Shown piece by piece: positions 8,883 through 16,692 of a stretch of DNA of 25,491 nt. A program made the translations under genes and the position numbers. Each line of letters begins with the position of its first letter. Positions within the stretch are counted from its first letter, which is position 1. This stretch comes from Eubacteriales bacterium (lineage in GTDB: Bacteria; Bacillota; Clostridia; Christensenellales; Aristaeellaceae): positions 1 through 25,491 of the forward strand of contig JAVBUS010000046.1 in NCBI GenBank assembly GCA_031555125.1. Reading direction: 5' to 3'. The notes under the pieces are model-generated. The model made no database searches and was not told where the DNA came from. It saw only the letters and a list, made by a program, of their open reading frames with translations.

Positions 8883-8911
8883 ATGACAGTTGCCCAGGGA
8901 TAGGGTACAAT
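8883..8911 (+). promoter_or_regulatory. Promoter of the xpaC-telA-lemA-TPM operon
   Basis: ATGACA (8883-8888)-17 bp-TACAAT (8906-8911). Confidence 0.65.
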
Positions 8912-8958
8912 ATCATCGCGTCGCAGGGGCACCTAGCCCGCGGCGAGGAGGCGAAGGC

Positions 8959-9609
8959 GTGAAGACCAAGCGAATCCGTTCCGGTGCGCCCTGGCTGCTG
9001 TGCGGGGTGGCGGTGTTGCTGTTTGCCATGATTGTGGGCTTTCACAGCATCTTTTCGTACGTGGCGGCGGCGCTGCTGGCCTTTTTGTTGTATACGCCGC
9101 TGCACCGGTATTTTCCGGATCGGTTCCGGGCGGTGGAAGCGGCGCCCAACACCGGCAACATTGCCTGCGATCAGCTGATTCTGGAGGCCCGCGGTGTGCT
9201 CAAAAACCTCCACGATACCCGCCGGCGCATCCCCAAGGATGGGCTGGATGCCAAGGTGGAGCGCATCGAGCAGCTTTCCCAGCAGATGCTGACAGTGCTG
9301 GAGCGGCAGCCGGAACTGCAAGGGCAACTGCGCACCTTTCTGCGCTATTATCTGCCCACTACCCTGAAGTTGACGGATGCCCGGGCGCAGATGGCCCAAA
9401 GCGCCGCGATGAGTCCGGAAGCCCAGGGCACCCTGGAGCGGATTGGCACTGCCCTGGATACGGTGTGTCAGGCATTCGAGAAGCAACTGACCGCCCTGGA
9501 TCAGTTCCGCTACCTAAATATCGAAACCGAAATGGACGTGCTGCGGGATCTGCTCAACGCCGATGGTCTGCTGCAAGACGCGCCCCAAATAAGTCAAATG
9601 GAAAAGTGA
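8959..9609 (+). CDS. XpaC-like protein (5-bromo-4-chloroindolyl phosphate hydrolysis family)
   Basis: Two N-terminal TM helices, then the helical FLRYYLPTTLKL and IETEMDVL motifs of the XpaC family; sits immediately upstream of a TelA-like gene. GTG start after GAGGAGG. Confidence 0.8.
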   Translation: MKTKRIRSGAPWLLCGVAVLLFAMIVGFHSIFSYVAAALLAFLLYTPLHRYFPDRFRAVEAAPNTGNIACDQLILEARGVLKNLHDTRRRIPKDGLDAKVERIEQLSQQMLTVLERQPELQGQLRTFLRYYLPTTLKLTDARAQMAQSAAMSPEAQGTLERIGTALDTVCQAFEKQLTALDQFRYLNIETEMDVLRDLLNADGLLQDAPQISQMEK

Positions 9610-9616
9610 GGACGCC

Positions 9617-10663
9617 GTGACGAACAACCTGCCGCAACTGAAGCCGGATTTGCTGTTGGGGGATGCCCTGGATACCAGCAAGGTGTGGGGCATGCTTTCC
9701 GAGCCGGAGAAGCAAGCCGTGTCGGTATTCGCCCGGGGCATTGATCTGTCGGATCCCGCAGTGGCACAGACCTATGCGGCGGGGGAACAGGGCGCCATGC
9801 AGACCTGGCTGGACGTGGCGGTGGGCGAGGTGGCCAAGCAGGACCTGCAGCAAGGAGAGGCAAGCATTCAAAAGATGCTGGCCCACCTGCGGGATTGGAA
9901 CCGGTTGTGCCGACCCCGGCGGTTTTTGTGGTTCGGCGGGGCCAGCTATCCGCGCCTTCAGGAAGCTTATGGCACCCTGTCCCCAGCCGTGGAGCAAGCG
10001 GCAGCCACCCTGTTGGCAGAGAATGTTTCCCTGCGCAGGCTATCCAAGCTGTTGGAACGCATGCGGGCGGAGAATGAAGAGCATTTGACCCGGCTGACCA
10101 CGTACTTGCTGTGCGGGCAGCTGCAGTCCAAGGCCTTGCACGCGGCTGGGGAGCAAGACGCCCTCTCGGCCCAAGCGGCGGTGGACAGAACCCAGGCGCT
10201 GGCGCGGTTTGACCGGCGGTTGCATGACCTGGCATTGACGCGGCAGATCGGCCTGCAGACCCGGGGACAGCTGGCCCTGCTACTGGATGGCAACGAGCGG
10301 ATGATCGAGACCATGGAGCGCACCCTGCGCCAGACATTGCCCCTGTGGCAGGCCCAGGTGCTGTTGGCGCTGGGCCTGTCGGCCCAGGTACAGGCCCAGG
10401 AGCAGGTGCTCCGCGCCCGGGATGCGCTGATGCGGGAAACCGCGGCCCGTACCTCGCTGATCGCACGGCTGTTGGGCAGAGCCCAGCGGGGTCAACAGCG
10501 CATTGATCGCGCCAAGCTGCAGCAGCAAAACGTTACGCTGCTGGATGCAGTGACCGCCATGCAGGGTGCGTTGCGGGAGCAGCAGCGGCAAGAGGATGCC
10601 CTGGAGCGTGCGCTGCGGGCTCCCGCCGCCACGGCCACACAAACCGAGAGGGGGACCCTGTGA
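9617..10663 (+). CDS. TelA/YaaN-like toxic anion resistance protein (divergent)
   Basis: LHDLALTRQIGLQT..QL.LL..GNERMIE.....L..TLPLWQAQ resembles the TelA core; the C-terminal AQRG..ID...L...N..L segment also fits. Confidence 0.75.
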   Translation: MTNNLPQLKPDLLLGDALDTSKVWGMLSEPEKQAVSVFARGIDLSDPAVAQTYAAGEQGAMQTWLDVAVGEVAKQDLQQGEASIQKMLAHLRDWNRLCRPRRFLWFGGASYPRLQEAYGTLSPAVEQAAATLLAENVSLRRLSKLLERMRAENEEHLTRLTTYLLCGQLQSKALHAAGEQDALSAQAAVDRTQALARFDRRLHDLALTRQIGLQTRGQLALLLDGNERMIETMERTLRQTLPLWQAQVLLALGLSAQVQAQEQVLRARDALMRETAARTSLIARLLGRAQRGQQRIDRAKLQQQNVTLLDAVTAMQGALREQQRQEDALERALRAPAATATQTERGTL

Positions 10664-11283
10664 TGACGGAAAAGCAAGGGAAGCAGCCGGTTACCGGCCC
10701 GGAGCACGGTGGACGCAGGACGCTGTATCAGCGGATGCACCTGATCCCCCAGCGGGTGGGTATCCTGATCGCCATTGCGTTGATCGTGATCAGCATTCCT
10801 GTGGGCAACGCCCGGGAGCTGAATAAGAAGATGGCGGCGGCCCAGCGGGTATGGGACGGAAAGGCCACCGGGTTGGCCATGTCGCAGATTGTGGAGGGGC
10901 GGGTGGCCGACGCGGCCAATCTGCTGACCATCATGAAGCGGTACCCCAAGACCGCCACCCCCCAGCGGGATGCGCTGGAAGCTGCCAGTCAGCAATTGCA
11001 AAAGGCGCACGGCGTATCGGCCACGGCCAGGGCCAGCCAAGAGCTGGAGGCGGCACTGCTGGATGCCAGCGACGCGCTGTTGCAGGAGCAAAGCGCCCTG
11101 CGGCAGGAGGACCAGCAGTTGGTGAAGCAAGTAGTGGATTCCGCCAGCGACCATCGGGCCAAGCAAGTGGTGCTGGCCCGGGATTATAACCGGGAGGCCG
11201 AAAACGCGCTGAAGGCGTATGAATCCATGCCTGCCCGCCTGTTCTTGTCCAAGCCGGAGCTGTTCGAGCTGAGGGCGCAATAG
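10663..11283 (+). CDS. LemA-like membrane protein (divergent)
   Basis: Single TM, IVEGRVADAANLLTIMKRY (cf. LemA QRR.DLIPNLV..VKGY) and C-terminal RDYNREAENALKAYESMPARL (cf. RR.YN..V..YN..I..FP); TGATG coupling to the telA-like stop. Confidence 0.7.
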   Translation: MTEKQGKQPVTGPEHGGRRTLYQRMHLIPQRVGILIAIALIVISIPVGNARELNKKMAAAQRVWDGKATGLAMSQIVEGRVADAANLLTIMKRYPKTATPQRDALEAASQQLQKAHGVSATARASQELEAALLDASDALLQEQSALRQEDQQLVKQVVDSASDHRAKQVVLARDYNREAENALKAYESMPARLFLSKPELFELRAQ

Positions 11284-11318
11284 GGGGTGGCGCAAGCCAC
11301 GGGAAGGGGGATGGCTCC

Positions 11319-12239
11319 ATGAAGAGGATTTGGACGGGGCTTACCGCGCTGGTGTGTGCGGCGCTGCTGTGCACGGTGGCGCTGGCGGACATCCCGGCAA
11401 CGCCCAAGAATGTCCAGGAGCACGTGTTTGACTTTACGGCCAGCGCGGTGCTCAGCGATGCGGATATGCGCACCATGACCGAATATGCGGAGCGGCTGGA
11501 GCAACAGACCGGCGCCATCGCCGTAGCGGTGCTGGTGGACTTTTTGGATGGGCAGGCGGTGGAACTGTACGCCCATGATCTGTTCAACACTTGGGGCATC
11601 GGGGATAAAAATGAGAACAACGGCGTCCTGTTGCTGTTTGCCATGGGGGATCGCGATATCTATATCTATCCGGGCAAGGGGCTGGAAAAGCAACTGACCC
11701 CAGGGGCCATGGGGCAGATCCTGGATGACTACGCCATGCCTAAGTTGCGCAACGGCAACTATTCCGGCGGCGTGTGCGACGCCTTTTTGGAACTGTGTAA
11801 CCGCGTGGCCAGGGCCAATGGCGCGCCCTTGTCGGGGGGCACCCGCACGGGGAATCGATCCGGTGCGCAGGATTACCGGCAGGAGAGCGAAAGCGAGGGC
11901 GGCGGCTTCCTTGGCACATTGATCATGATGCTGATTCTGTGGATGATCCTGAAGAATGTGTTCCGTCCCCGGGTCAGCCGTGGTGGCTGTTTCCCCTTTC
12001 TGCTGGGCAACTTCTTGGGCAGCCTTGGCCGTGGCGCTTATGGCCAGCCGCGGCCACCCATGAGCGGGTTCGGCGGTTGGGGCAATCTTGGCGGCGGTGT
12101 CCACCGGCCCGGCGGTAACCAATGGGGAAACTTTGGCGGTTGGGGCGGCAGTCGGGGCGGTAGTAGCGGCGGGTCCCGTTCCGGCGGCAGTTTCGGCGGG
12201 GGCAGTGGTTCCGGCGGCGGTGTAGGCCGCAAGTTTTGA
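11319..12239 (+). CDS. TPM-domain (YgcG-like) membrane protein with Gly-rich tail
   Basis: Signal peptide, VFD...VLS, FNTWGIGDKNENNGVLLL, G.GLE..L, one TM helix and a C-terminal GGSFGGGSGSGGGVGRKF tail. Confidence 0.92.
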   Translation: MKRIWTGLTALVCAALLCTVALADIPATPKNVQEHVFDFTASAVLSDADMRTMTEYAERLEQQTGAIAVAVLVDFLDGQAVELYAHDLFNTWGIGDKNENNGVLLLFAMGDRDIYIYPGKGLEKQLTPGAMGQILDDYAMPKLRNGNYSGGVCDAFLELCNRVARANGAPLSGGTRTGNRSGAQDYRQESESEGGGFLGTLIMMLILWMILKNVFRPRVSRGGCFPFLLGNFLGSLGRGAYGQPRPPMSGFGGWGNLGGGVHRPGGNQWGNFGGWGGSRGGSSGGSRSGGSFGGGSGSGGGVGRKF

Positions 12240-12260
12240 TCGAATCGATAAGGCAAAACA

Positions 12261-12299
12261 AAAAAGCGAGGCGGGCAGTGATGCCGTCACCTCGCTTTT
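12261..12299. terminator. Probable bidirectional intrinsic terminator
   Basis: aaaagcgagg...cctcgctttt stem with inner ggca/tgcc; A-tract on the left and T-tract on the right; lies between convergent TPM and lysA genes. Confidence 0.8.
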
Positions 12300-12348
12300 C
12301 ACTACTGTAGCTTTATGCTAATTCCAAATAGAGTTCGCCGAAGAGCTA

Positions 12349-12587
12349 GCGAGAGATTTTTTCGGCTGGCTAGGAGCCCGAGGGAGACGTAGCCGGCAGC
12401 TACGTTGACCGAGGCGCGACAACGCCTGCCGGTAAAATATCCGCTGGATCTCGCGTACATCCATTTGGATTTAGTATGATACTGCTCCTCATTTGATTGG
12501 CCGCATATCTCGCGGATCTTTTGCCGTCTGTCGTCGTCGCGGCTGCGTCAGCGTAGCTGCCGGCTACGCCACCTTCGGGCTCCCAGC
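12349..12587. repeat. MITE/REP-like element with about 70-bp imperfect inverted arms (family A)
   Basis: Left arm 12373-12444 (ggagcccgagggagacgtagccggcagctacgttgac...aaaatatccgc) matches the reverse complement of 12512-12583 (ggagcccgaaggtggcgtagccggcagctacgctgac...aaaagatccgc). Each arm contains the hairpin cgtagc-cggca-gctacg. Confidence 0.8.
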
Positions 12588-12588
12588 A

Positions 12589-13848
12589 TTAGCCCAGGTC
12601 AAACTCCGTGGCAAAATCCAAGGTGGCAAAATAGTCCTTGGGGGTTTGGGCCCGGCGGATCATCTGCACGGTGCCGTCTTCCTTCAACAGCAGTTCGGCG
12701 TGATGCAGCTTGCCGTTGTAATTGTATCCCATGGCGGAACCGTGGGCGCCGGTATCATGGAGGATCAGTACATCGCCGATGTCCACCTGGGGCAGTGAAC
12801 GGTCGATGGCAAACTTGTCGTTGTTCTCGCACAGGGAGCCTACCACGTCATAGGTGTGGTCGCAAGGCAGATGATCCTTGCCCGGCACGGTGATGTGATG
12901 ATAGGCGCCGTACATGGCCGGACGCATCAGATCCGCGGCACAGGCGTCCACCCCCAGGTACTCCTTGTGGATATGCTTTTGATGCAGCACACGGGTAATC
13001 AGGTGGCCGTGGGGGCCGGTCATAAAGCGCCCCAGTTCGGTATAGATCGCCACGTCTCCCATGCCCGCGGGCACCAGCACATCGTCATAGGCCTTACGCA
13101 CCCCTTCGCCGATGGCGGCGATGTCGTTGGGCACGCCTTCCGGACGGTAGGGGATGCCTACGCCGCCGGAGAGGTTAATGAACGCGATGTGCGCTCCTGT
13201 TTCCCGTTGTAGCTCTACGGCGGTCTCGAACAGGATGCGGGCCAGGGCGGGGTAATACGCATCGGTATCGGTATTGCTGGCCAGGAAGGCGTGGATGCCG
13301 AAATGCTGGACGCCCAGGGCCTTCATCTTGCGGAATCCCTCGGTGAGTTGGGGACGGGTAAAGCCGTACTTTGCTTGGGAGGGGGTGTCCATGATGGCAT
13401 TGTCGATGGCAAAGGCCCCGCCGGGGTTATATCGGCAACTGATGGTATCCGGCAGGCCGGTGAGCCCATGCAAATAATCGATGTGGGTGAAATCGTCCAG
13501 GTTGATGGTGGCGTTCAACTCTCGGGCCAGCACGTACTCTTCCGGCGGGGTCTCGTTGGAGGAAAACATGATTTGGGGCCCGCTAAAGCCGCAGGCCTTG
13601 GCCATGAGCAGCTCGGTATAGCTGGAGCAATCTACCCCGCAGCCCTCTTGTTGCAGCAGCTTTAGGATAAACGGGTTGGGCAGCGCCTTGATCGCGAAGA
13701 ACTCGCGGTAGCCGGGATTCCACGAGAAGGCACCCAACAGGTCTCGGGCCGTGGCGCGGATCCCCTTTTCGTGATACAGGTGAAAAGGGGTGGGGTACGT
13801 TTGGGTGATGGTTTGTAGTTGGCCGGGGGTGACAAATGCTTGCTTCAT
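12589..13848 (-). CDS. lysA: Diaminopimelate decarboxylase
   Basis: FFAIKALPNP (PLP Lys), FSSNET, KYG, NLSGG.G, ELGRF, RPAMYGAYH and GSLCENND motifs. Confidence 0.95.
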   Translation of the reverse strand: MKQAFVTPGQLQTITQTYPTPFHLYHEKGIRATARDLLGAFSWNPGYREFFAIKALPNPFILKLLQQEGCGVDCSSYTELLMAKACGFSGPQIMFSSNETPPEEYVLARELNATINLDDFTHIDYLHGLTGLPDTISCRYNPGGAFAIDNAIMDTPSQAKYGFTRPQLTEGFRKMKALGVQHFGIHAFLASNTDTDAYYPALARILFETAVELQRETGAHIAFINLSGGVGIPYRPEGVPNDIAAIGEGVRKAYDDVLVPAGMGDVAIYTELGRFMTGPHGHLITRVLHQKHIHKEYLGVDACAADLMRPAMYGAYHHITVPGKDHLPCDHTYDVVGSLCENNDKFAIDRSLPQVDIGDVLILHDTGAHGSAMGYNYNGKLHHAELLLKEDGTVQMIRRAQTPKDYFATLDFATEFDLG

Positions 13849-13879
13849 GATGTGATCCTTTCATCGGTGCAATGTATAT

Positions 13880-13908
13880 AGCATACGAACACAGGCAAAT
13901 GCTGTCAA
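13880..13908 (-). promoter_or_regulatory. lysA promoter
   Basis: Minus strand TTGACA-17 bp-TATGCT, about 30 nt upstream of the start codon. Confidence 0.75.
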
Positions 13909-13927
13909 GATGCAGATGCTGGCGCCC

Positions 13928-14015
13928 AGGGCGAAATCCCTGCTCAAACAGGGAGTGTTTCGCTCCCTGCACAGAGCGACCAGGGCTTTGCGGTCGCCCT
14001 GGACCTTCGCAGCGC
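13928..14015. repeat. REP-like palindromic element, family B, copy 1 (partial)
   Basis: Aligns directly with 15329-15412 and in reverse complement with 15278-15322 (gcgctgcgaagg..tccag..ggcgaccgcaaagccct..ggtcg). Confidence 0.8.
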
Positions 14016-14108
14016 CGCTCTCAAAAGTAAATGATTCCACCCTGGCTGGTGCATTGGATCCGCGAAAGCTTGGATTGAGACGGCAGGCCTTTTCAAAGTG
14101 AGATGACA

Positions 14109-14117
14109 TGGTATACT
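14109..14117 (+). promoter_or_regulatory. Possible extended -10 promoter for the DUF3137-like gene
   Basis: TG-G-TATACT; no convincing -35 at 17 bp. Confidence 0.4.
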
Positions 14118-14147
14118 GGATTGGCATATATGCAAGGGGGGATGACC

Positions 14148-15080
14148 ATGCTAGGTGACGACATGAGGATGTGCGAGCGACTGCGGAAAAGAACCATGTT
14201 TTGGCAAGCGCTGTGCGGGGTGGCGAGCGTGTCTGCGATGACGGTGTTCTTTGCTTTGCTGAATGAAGTAGACAACAGCACGCGCTCGTCCTCGCATTCG
14301 CCGGTGGTGGCGCTGGTGCTTGCGGGCATCGTCGCCTTGGGATGTTGGGCCATGGCGGTATCCTGTAAAAGCAAGTATTGCGCGGCGACGAAAAAGGCAT
14401 TTCTCACCGGGGCGTTTCAACGCCGGTTTGATGAGCTTGTATATGAACCGGAGCAGGGATACACCAAGGAGCAGGTGGAGGCCACGGAACTGGTGGCGGA
14501 GGGCAATCGGTTTGATAGCGACGACCTGATGACCGGATCCCACCACGGGGCGCGCTTTACCCGGGCGGATGTGCGCATTCAATACCACCGCTCCTCCGGC
14601 AAGAGCAGCAGCACCACCACCTACTTCCGGGGATGGTGGCTGATCTTTGACTTCCATAAACGGTTCCGCAGCGACTTTCAGATTCGGGATCGGGCGTTTT
14701 CGTATCCGCGCAAACACGAAGGATTCTGGCACGAGTTGTGGCATGGCAAGTCCCGGTTCCACGCGTGGAGTGCGGTGGACGGGGCGTTCGATCAATCCTT
14801 TTCGGTCTATGCCGTGGACGACGACCAAGCCGACGCCATCCTTAGCGAACCCATGAAGCAGGCCATACTGGGCCTTCGGCACGAGCTGGGGGGAGAGCTG
14901 CTGATGGCCTTCCAGGGGGAGGAGCTGCACGTGGCGGTGCACACCGACGAGAACGCGTTGGAGCCCCCGGTGTGGGGCGCCATCGATCCGGAGGCGTTGG
15001 CCCGGACGGCCGATCAACAGGCGGACCTTATCGTGCGGGTCATCGAAGCCCTGGAACTGGATCGCACCCTGTTCGTATAA
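14148..15080 (+). CDS. DUF3137-like membrane protein
   Basis: Two N-terminal TM helices, then DDLMTG, TTTYFRGWWLIFDFHKRF and FDQSFSVYA..D..A..IL segments recalled as typical of DUF3137. Start set at ATG 14148 after AAGGGGG (14142 is an alternative). Confidence 0.7.
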   Translation: MLGDDMRMCERLRKRTMFWQALCGVASVSAMTVFFALLNEVDNSTRSSSHSPVVALVLAGIVALGCWAMAVSCKSKYCAATKKAFLTGAFQRRFDELVYEPEQGYTKEQVEATELVAEGNRFDSDDLMTGSHHGARFTRADVRIQYHRSSGKSSSTTTYFRGWWLIFDFHKRFRSDFQIRDRAFSYPRKHEGFWHELWHGKSRFHAWSAVDGAFDQSFSVYAVDDDQADAILSEPMKQAILGLRHELGGELLMAFQGEELHVAVHTDENALEPPVWGAIDPEALARTADQQADLIVRVIEALELDRTLFV

Positions 15081-15129
15081 AGACACGGAGGATGACCGGC
15101 CGGCTGGGGCGCTGCCACGGCTTCCTACA

Positions 15130-15159
15130 GGCTCCTCGATCAGCGCGAAAATCTCTCGC
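15130..15159 (-). repeat. Partial inverted copy of the family A element end
   Basis: Reverse complement gcgagagattttcgcgctgatcgaggagcc versus 12349-12378 gcgagagattttttcggctggctaggagcc; blocks of 12, 4 and 7 identical nt. Confidence 0.6.
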
Positions 15160-15277
15160 GTGGCCAACGACTCTCTTTTGTGCGGTATCGCCCTTATTAT
15201 GCTCTCCATCAAGCAAAACGTTTCGCTCCGACAGACGCGGTCACGGCGAACGCATTTAAATACAGATACTGGGAGTT

Positions 15278-15412
15278 GCGCTGCGAAGGAGTCCAGAGGG
15301 CGACCGCAAAGCCCTCTGGTCGACCGTGAGGGCGAAATACCCTCCCGAAGATAGGAGTTTCGCTCCTGCGGGAGCGACCAGGGGGGCTTATCGCTCGCCC
15401 CCTGGACTCCTT
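15278..15412. repeat. REP-like palindromic element, family B, copy 2 (full palindrome)
   Basis: aaggagtccag (15286-15296) and ctggactcctt (15402-15412) close a long imperfect palindrome; each arm has a nested ccag...ctgg hairpin. Confidence 0.82.
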
Positions 15413-15474
15413 CTCTGCCAGTCTGCCAAATTTTAGGATGTATATGCGTTGGCCCTGCAGACGCGGTTTGCGTA

Positions 15475-15503
15475 TTGCAGCGGCTATATGTGTGTGATAC
15501 ACT
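15475..15503 (+). promoter_or_regulatory. Putative promoter of the LacI regulator
   Basis: TTGCAG-17 bp-TACACT with TG extension. Confidence 0.5.
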
Positions 15504-15539
15504 GTGCGTAAAATTTGGATAGGTACGGAGGTGATCACT

Positions 15540-16505
15540 GTGCCAACCATCAAAGACATCGCACGGGCGGCGCAGGTATCGGTGGCCACGGTATCCAACG
15601 TCATCAACGGCAAGCCCAATGTGGGGGTGGAGACCCGGGAGCGCATCCTGGCGCTGTGCAAGCAGATGCACTACCAGCCCAACATCCTGGCCCGCAACCT
15701 AAAAGGCGGAAGGACCAATACGGTGATGTTCGTGTTCAGCGATTTTCAGCGAAGTTTTTATCTGCGCGTGATCCACGGCATCAACGATTGCCTGATTGAA
15801 AATCACATCAGCATGATGATTTGCCCCCATACCACCATTGGCCAGTTCATGAAGAACGGCTTTGTGGACGGCATCATTGTACTGGATAAGAATATCAGCG
15901 ATCAGCAGATTATGGAAGCCGCCTCCCGAGATATGCCTATTGTGACCATGGACCGGGTGTTGGATGCCCCCCACATCAGCTGCGTGGTGACCGACAACCA
16001 TGCCAGCATGCATGCGCTGATGGAGCAGCTGGTGCAAAGAAACTACCGGCGCTTTCACTTTGTGGGGGGGCCCGTGCATACCGCCGACCACATGGAGCGG
16101 TATGAGACGTTTCGCAAGGAGTTGGATGCCCACGGCATTCCGTTTTCGCAGACGCAGTACTTCCAGGGGGACTACTCCCTGGCCAGCGGTGTGCGGGCCG
16201 GAAAGCTGATGGCGGTCAGCGACAACCTGCCGGAGGTAGTGGTTTGCGCCAACGATAACATGGCTGTCGGGGTAATACAGTGCTTCCGCGAAATGGGGAT
16301 TGGGATACCCGGACAGGTGGCGGTGGCCGGTTTTGACGGGGATCCGCAGCCCCAACTAGCCCCGGGGTTTTTGACCACGGCCAACATTCCCCGGTACGAG
16401 ATGGGCTATATTGCGGCGGAAACCTTGGTGGGCATGATCCAGCGCAAGGATGCCGCCATCGTGCGCAAAATCCCCGCCGCCGTGCAGTGGGGAGAATCCA
16501 CGTAA
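15540..16505 (+). CDS. LacI-family transcriptional regulator
   Basis: TIKDIARAAQVSVATVSNVING HTH, YQPNILARNL hinge, CANDNMAVG and VAVAGFD; GTG start after GGAGGTGA. Confidence 0.96.
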   Translation: MPTIKDIARAAQVSVATVSNVINGKPNVGVETRERILALCKQMHYQPNILARNLKGGRTNTVMFVFSDFQRSFYLRVIHGINDCLIENHISMMICPHTTIGQFMKNGFVDGIIVLDKNISDQQIMEAASRDMPIVTMDRVLDAPHISCVVTDNHASMHALMEQLVQRNYRRFHFVGGPVHTADHMERYETFRKELDAHGIPFSQTQYFQGDYSLASGVRAGKLMAVSDNLPEVVVCANDNMAVGVIQCFREMGIGIPGQVAVAGFDGDPQPQLAPGFLTTANIPRYEMGYIAAETLVGMIQRKDAAIVRKIPAAVQWGEST

Positions 16506-16525
16506 AAATGCTTGTTGTACAGAGT

Positions 16526-16539
16526 GTGTAACGTTTCAC
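16526..16539. promoter_or_regulatory. LacI-type operator (auxiliary)
   Basis: GTGTAACGTTTCAC, a near-perfect palindrome with central CG. Confidence 0.7.
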
Positions 16540-16611
16540 TGCTGTTTGTCGAATTAAGCTAATTTGTACACAAATCGTCTCGAAAAAGCAATAACATGTC
16601 AGAAAATCCCC

Positions 16612-16640
16612 TTGACGAAGTGGATGTTTTGCTCTATAAT
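16612..16640 (+). promoter_or_regulatory. Promoter of the sugar ABC-GH65-sulfatase operon
   Basis: TTGACG (16612-16617)-17 bp-TATAAT (16635-16640). Confidence 0.85.
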
Positions 16641-16642
16641 GA

Positions 16643-16656
16643 GTGTAACGTTTAAT
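16643..16656. promoter_or_regulatory. LacI-type operator (main, overlapping the predicted +1)
   Basis: GTGTAACGTTTAAT shares 11 nt with the 16526 site and lies 2 nt downstream of the -10. Confidence 0.7.
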
Positions 16657-16692
16657 TCACCGACCGACGTGAATTGTAGGAGGGGGATATCT

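Noticed and set aside
12060-12239. GGC-rich low-complexity DNA as a tandem repeat or CRISPR
   Set aside because: Encodes the normal Gly-rich tail of TPM proteins; no repeat-spacer periodicity.
11184-12302. 372-aa minus-strand Ala/Thr/Pro-rich ORF
   Set aside because: Its low complexity mirrors the Gly-rich tail of the TPM gene on the opposite strand; it starts inside the terminator.
13849-14100. Lysine riboswitch or T-box upstream of lysA
   Set aside because: The promoter lies about 30 nt from the start codon, leaving no room; the structured sequence further upstream is repeat family B.
15087-15259. Small ORF MTGRLGRCHG... after GGAGG
   Set aside because: GGAGG abuts the ATG with zero spacing, and the ORF runs through a repeat remnant.
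14151-15671. 506-aa minus-strand ORF
   Set aside because: Antisense to the DUF3137-like and LacI genes and runs through repeat elements; no recognisable motifs; long shadow ORFs are expected at this GC content.
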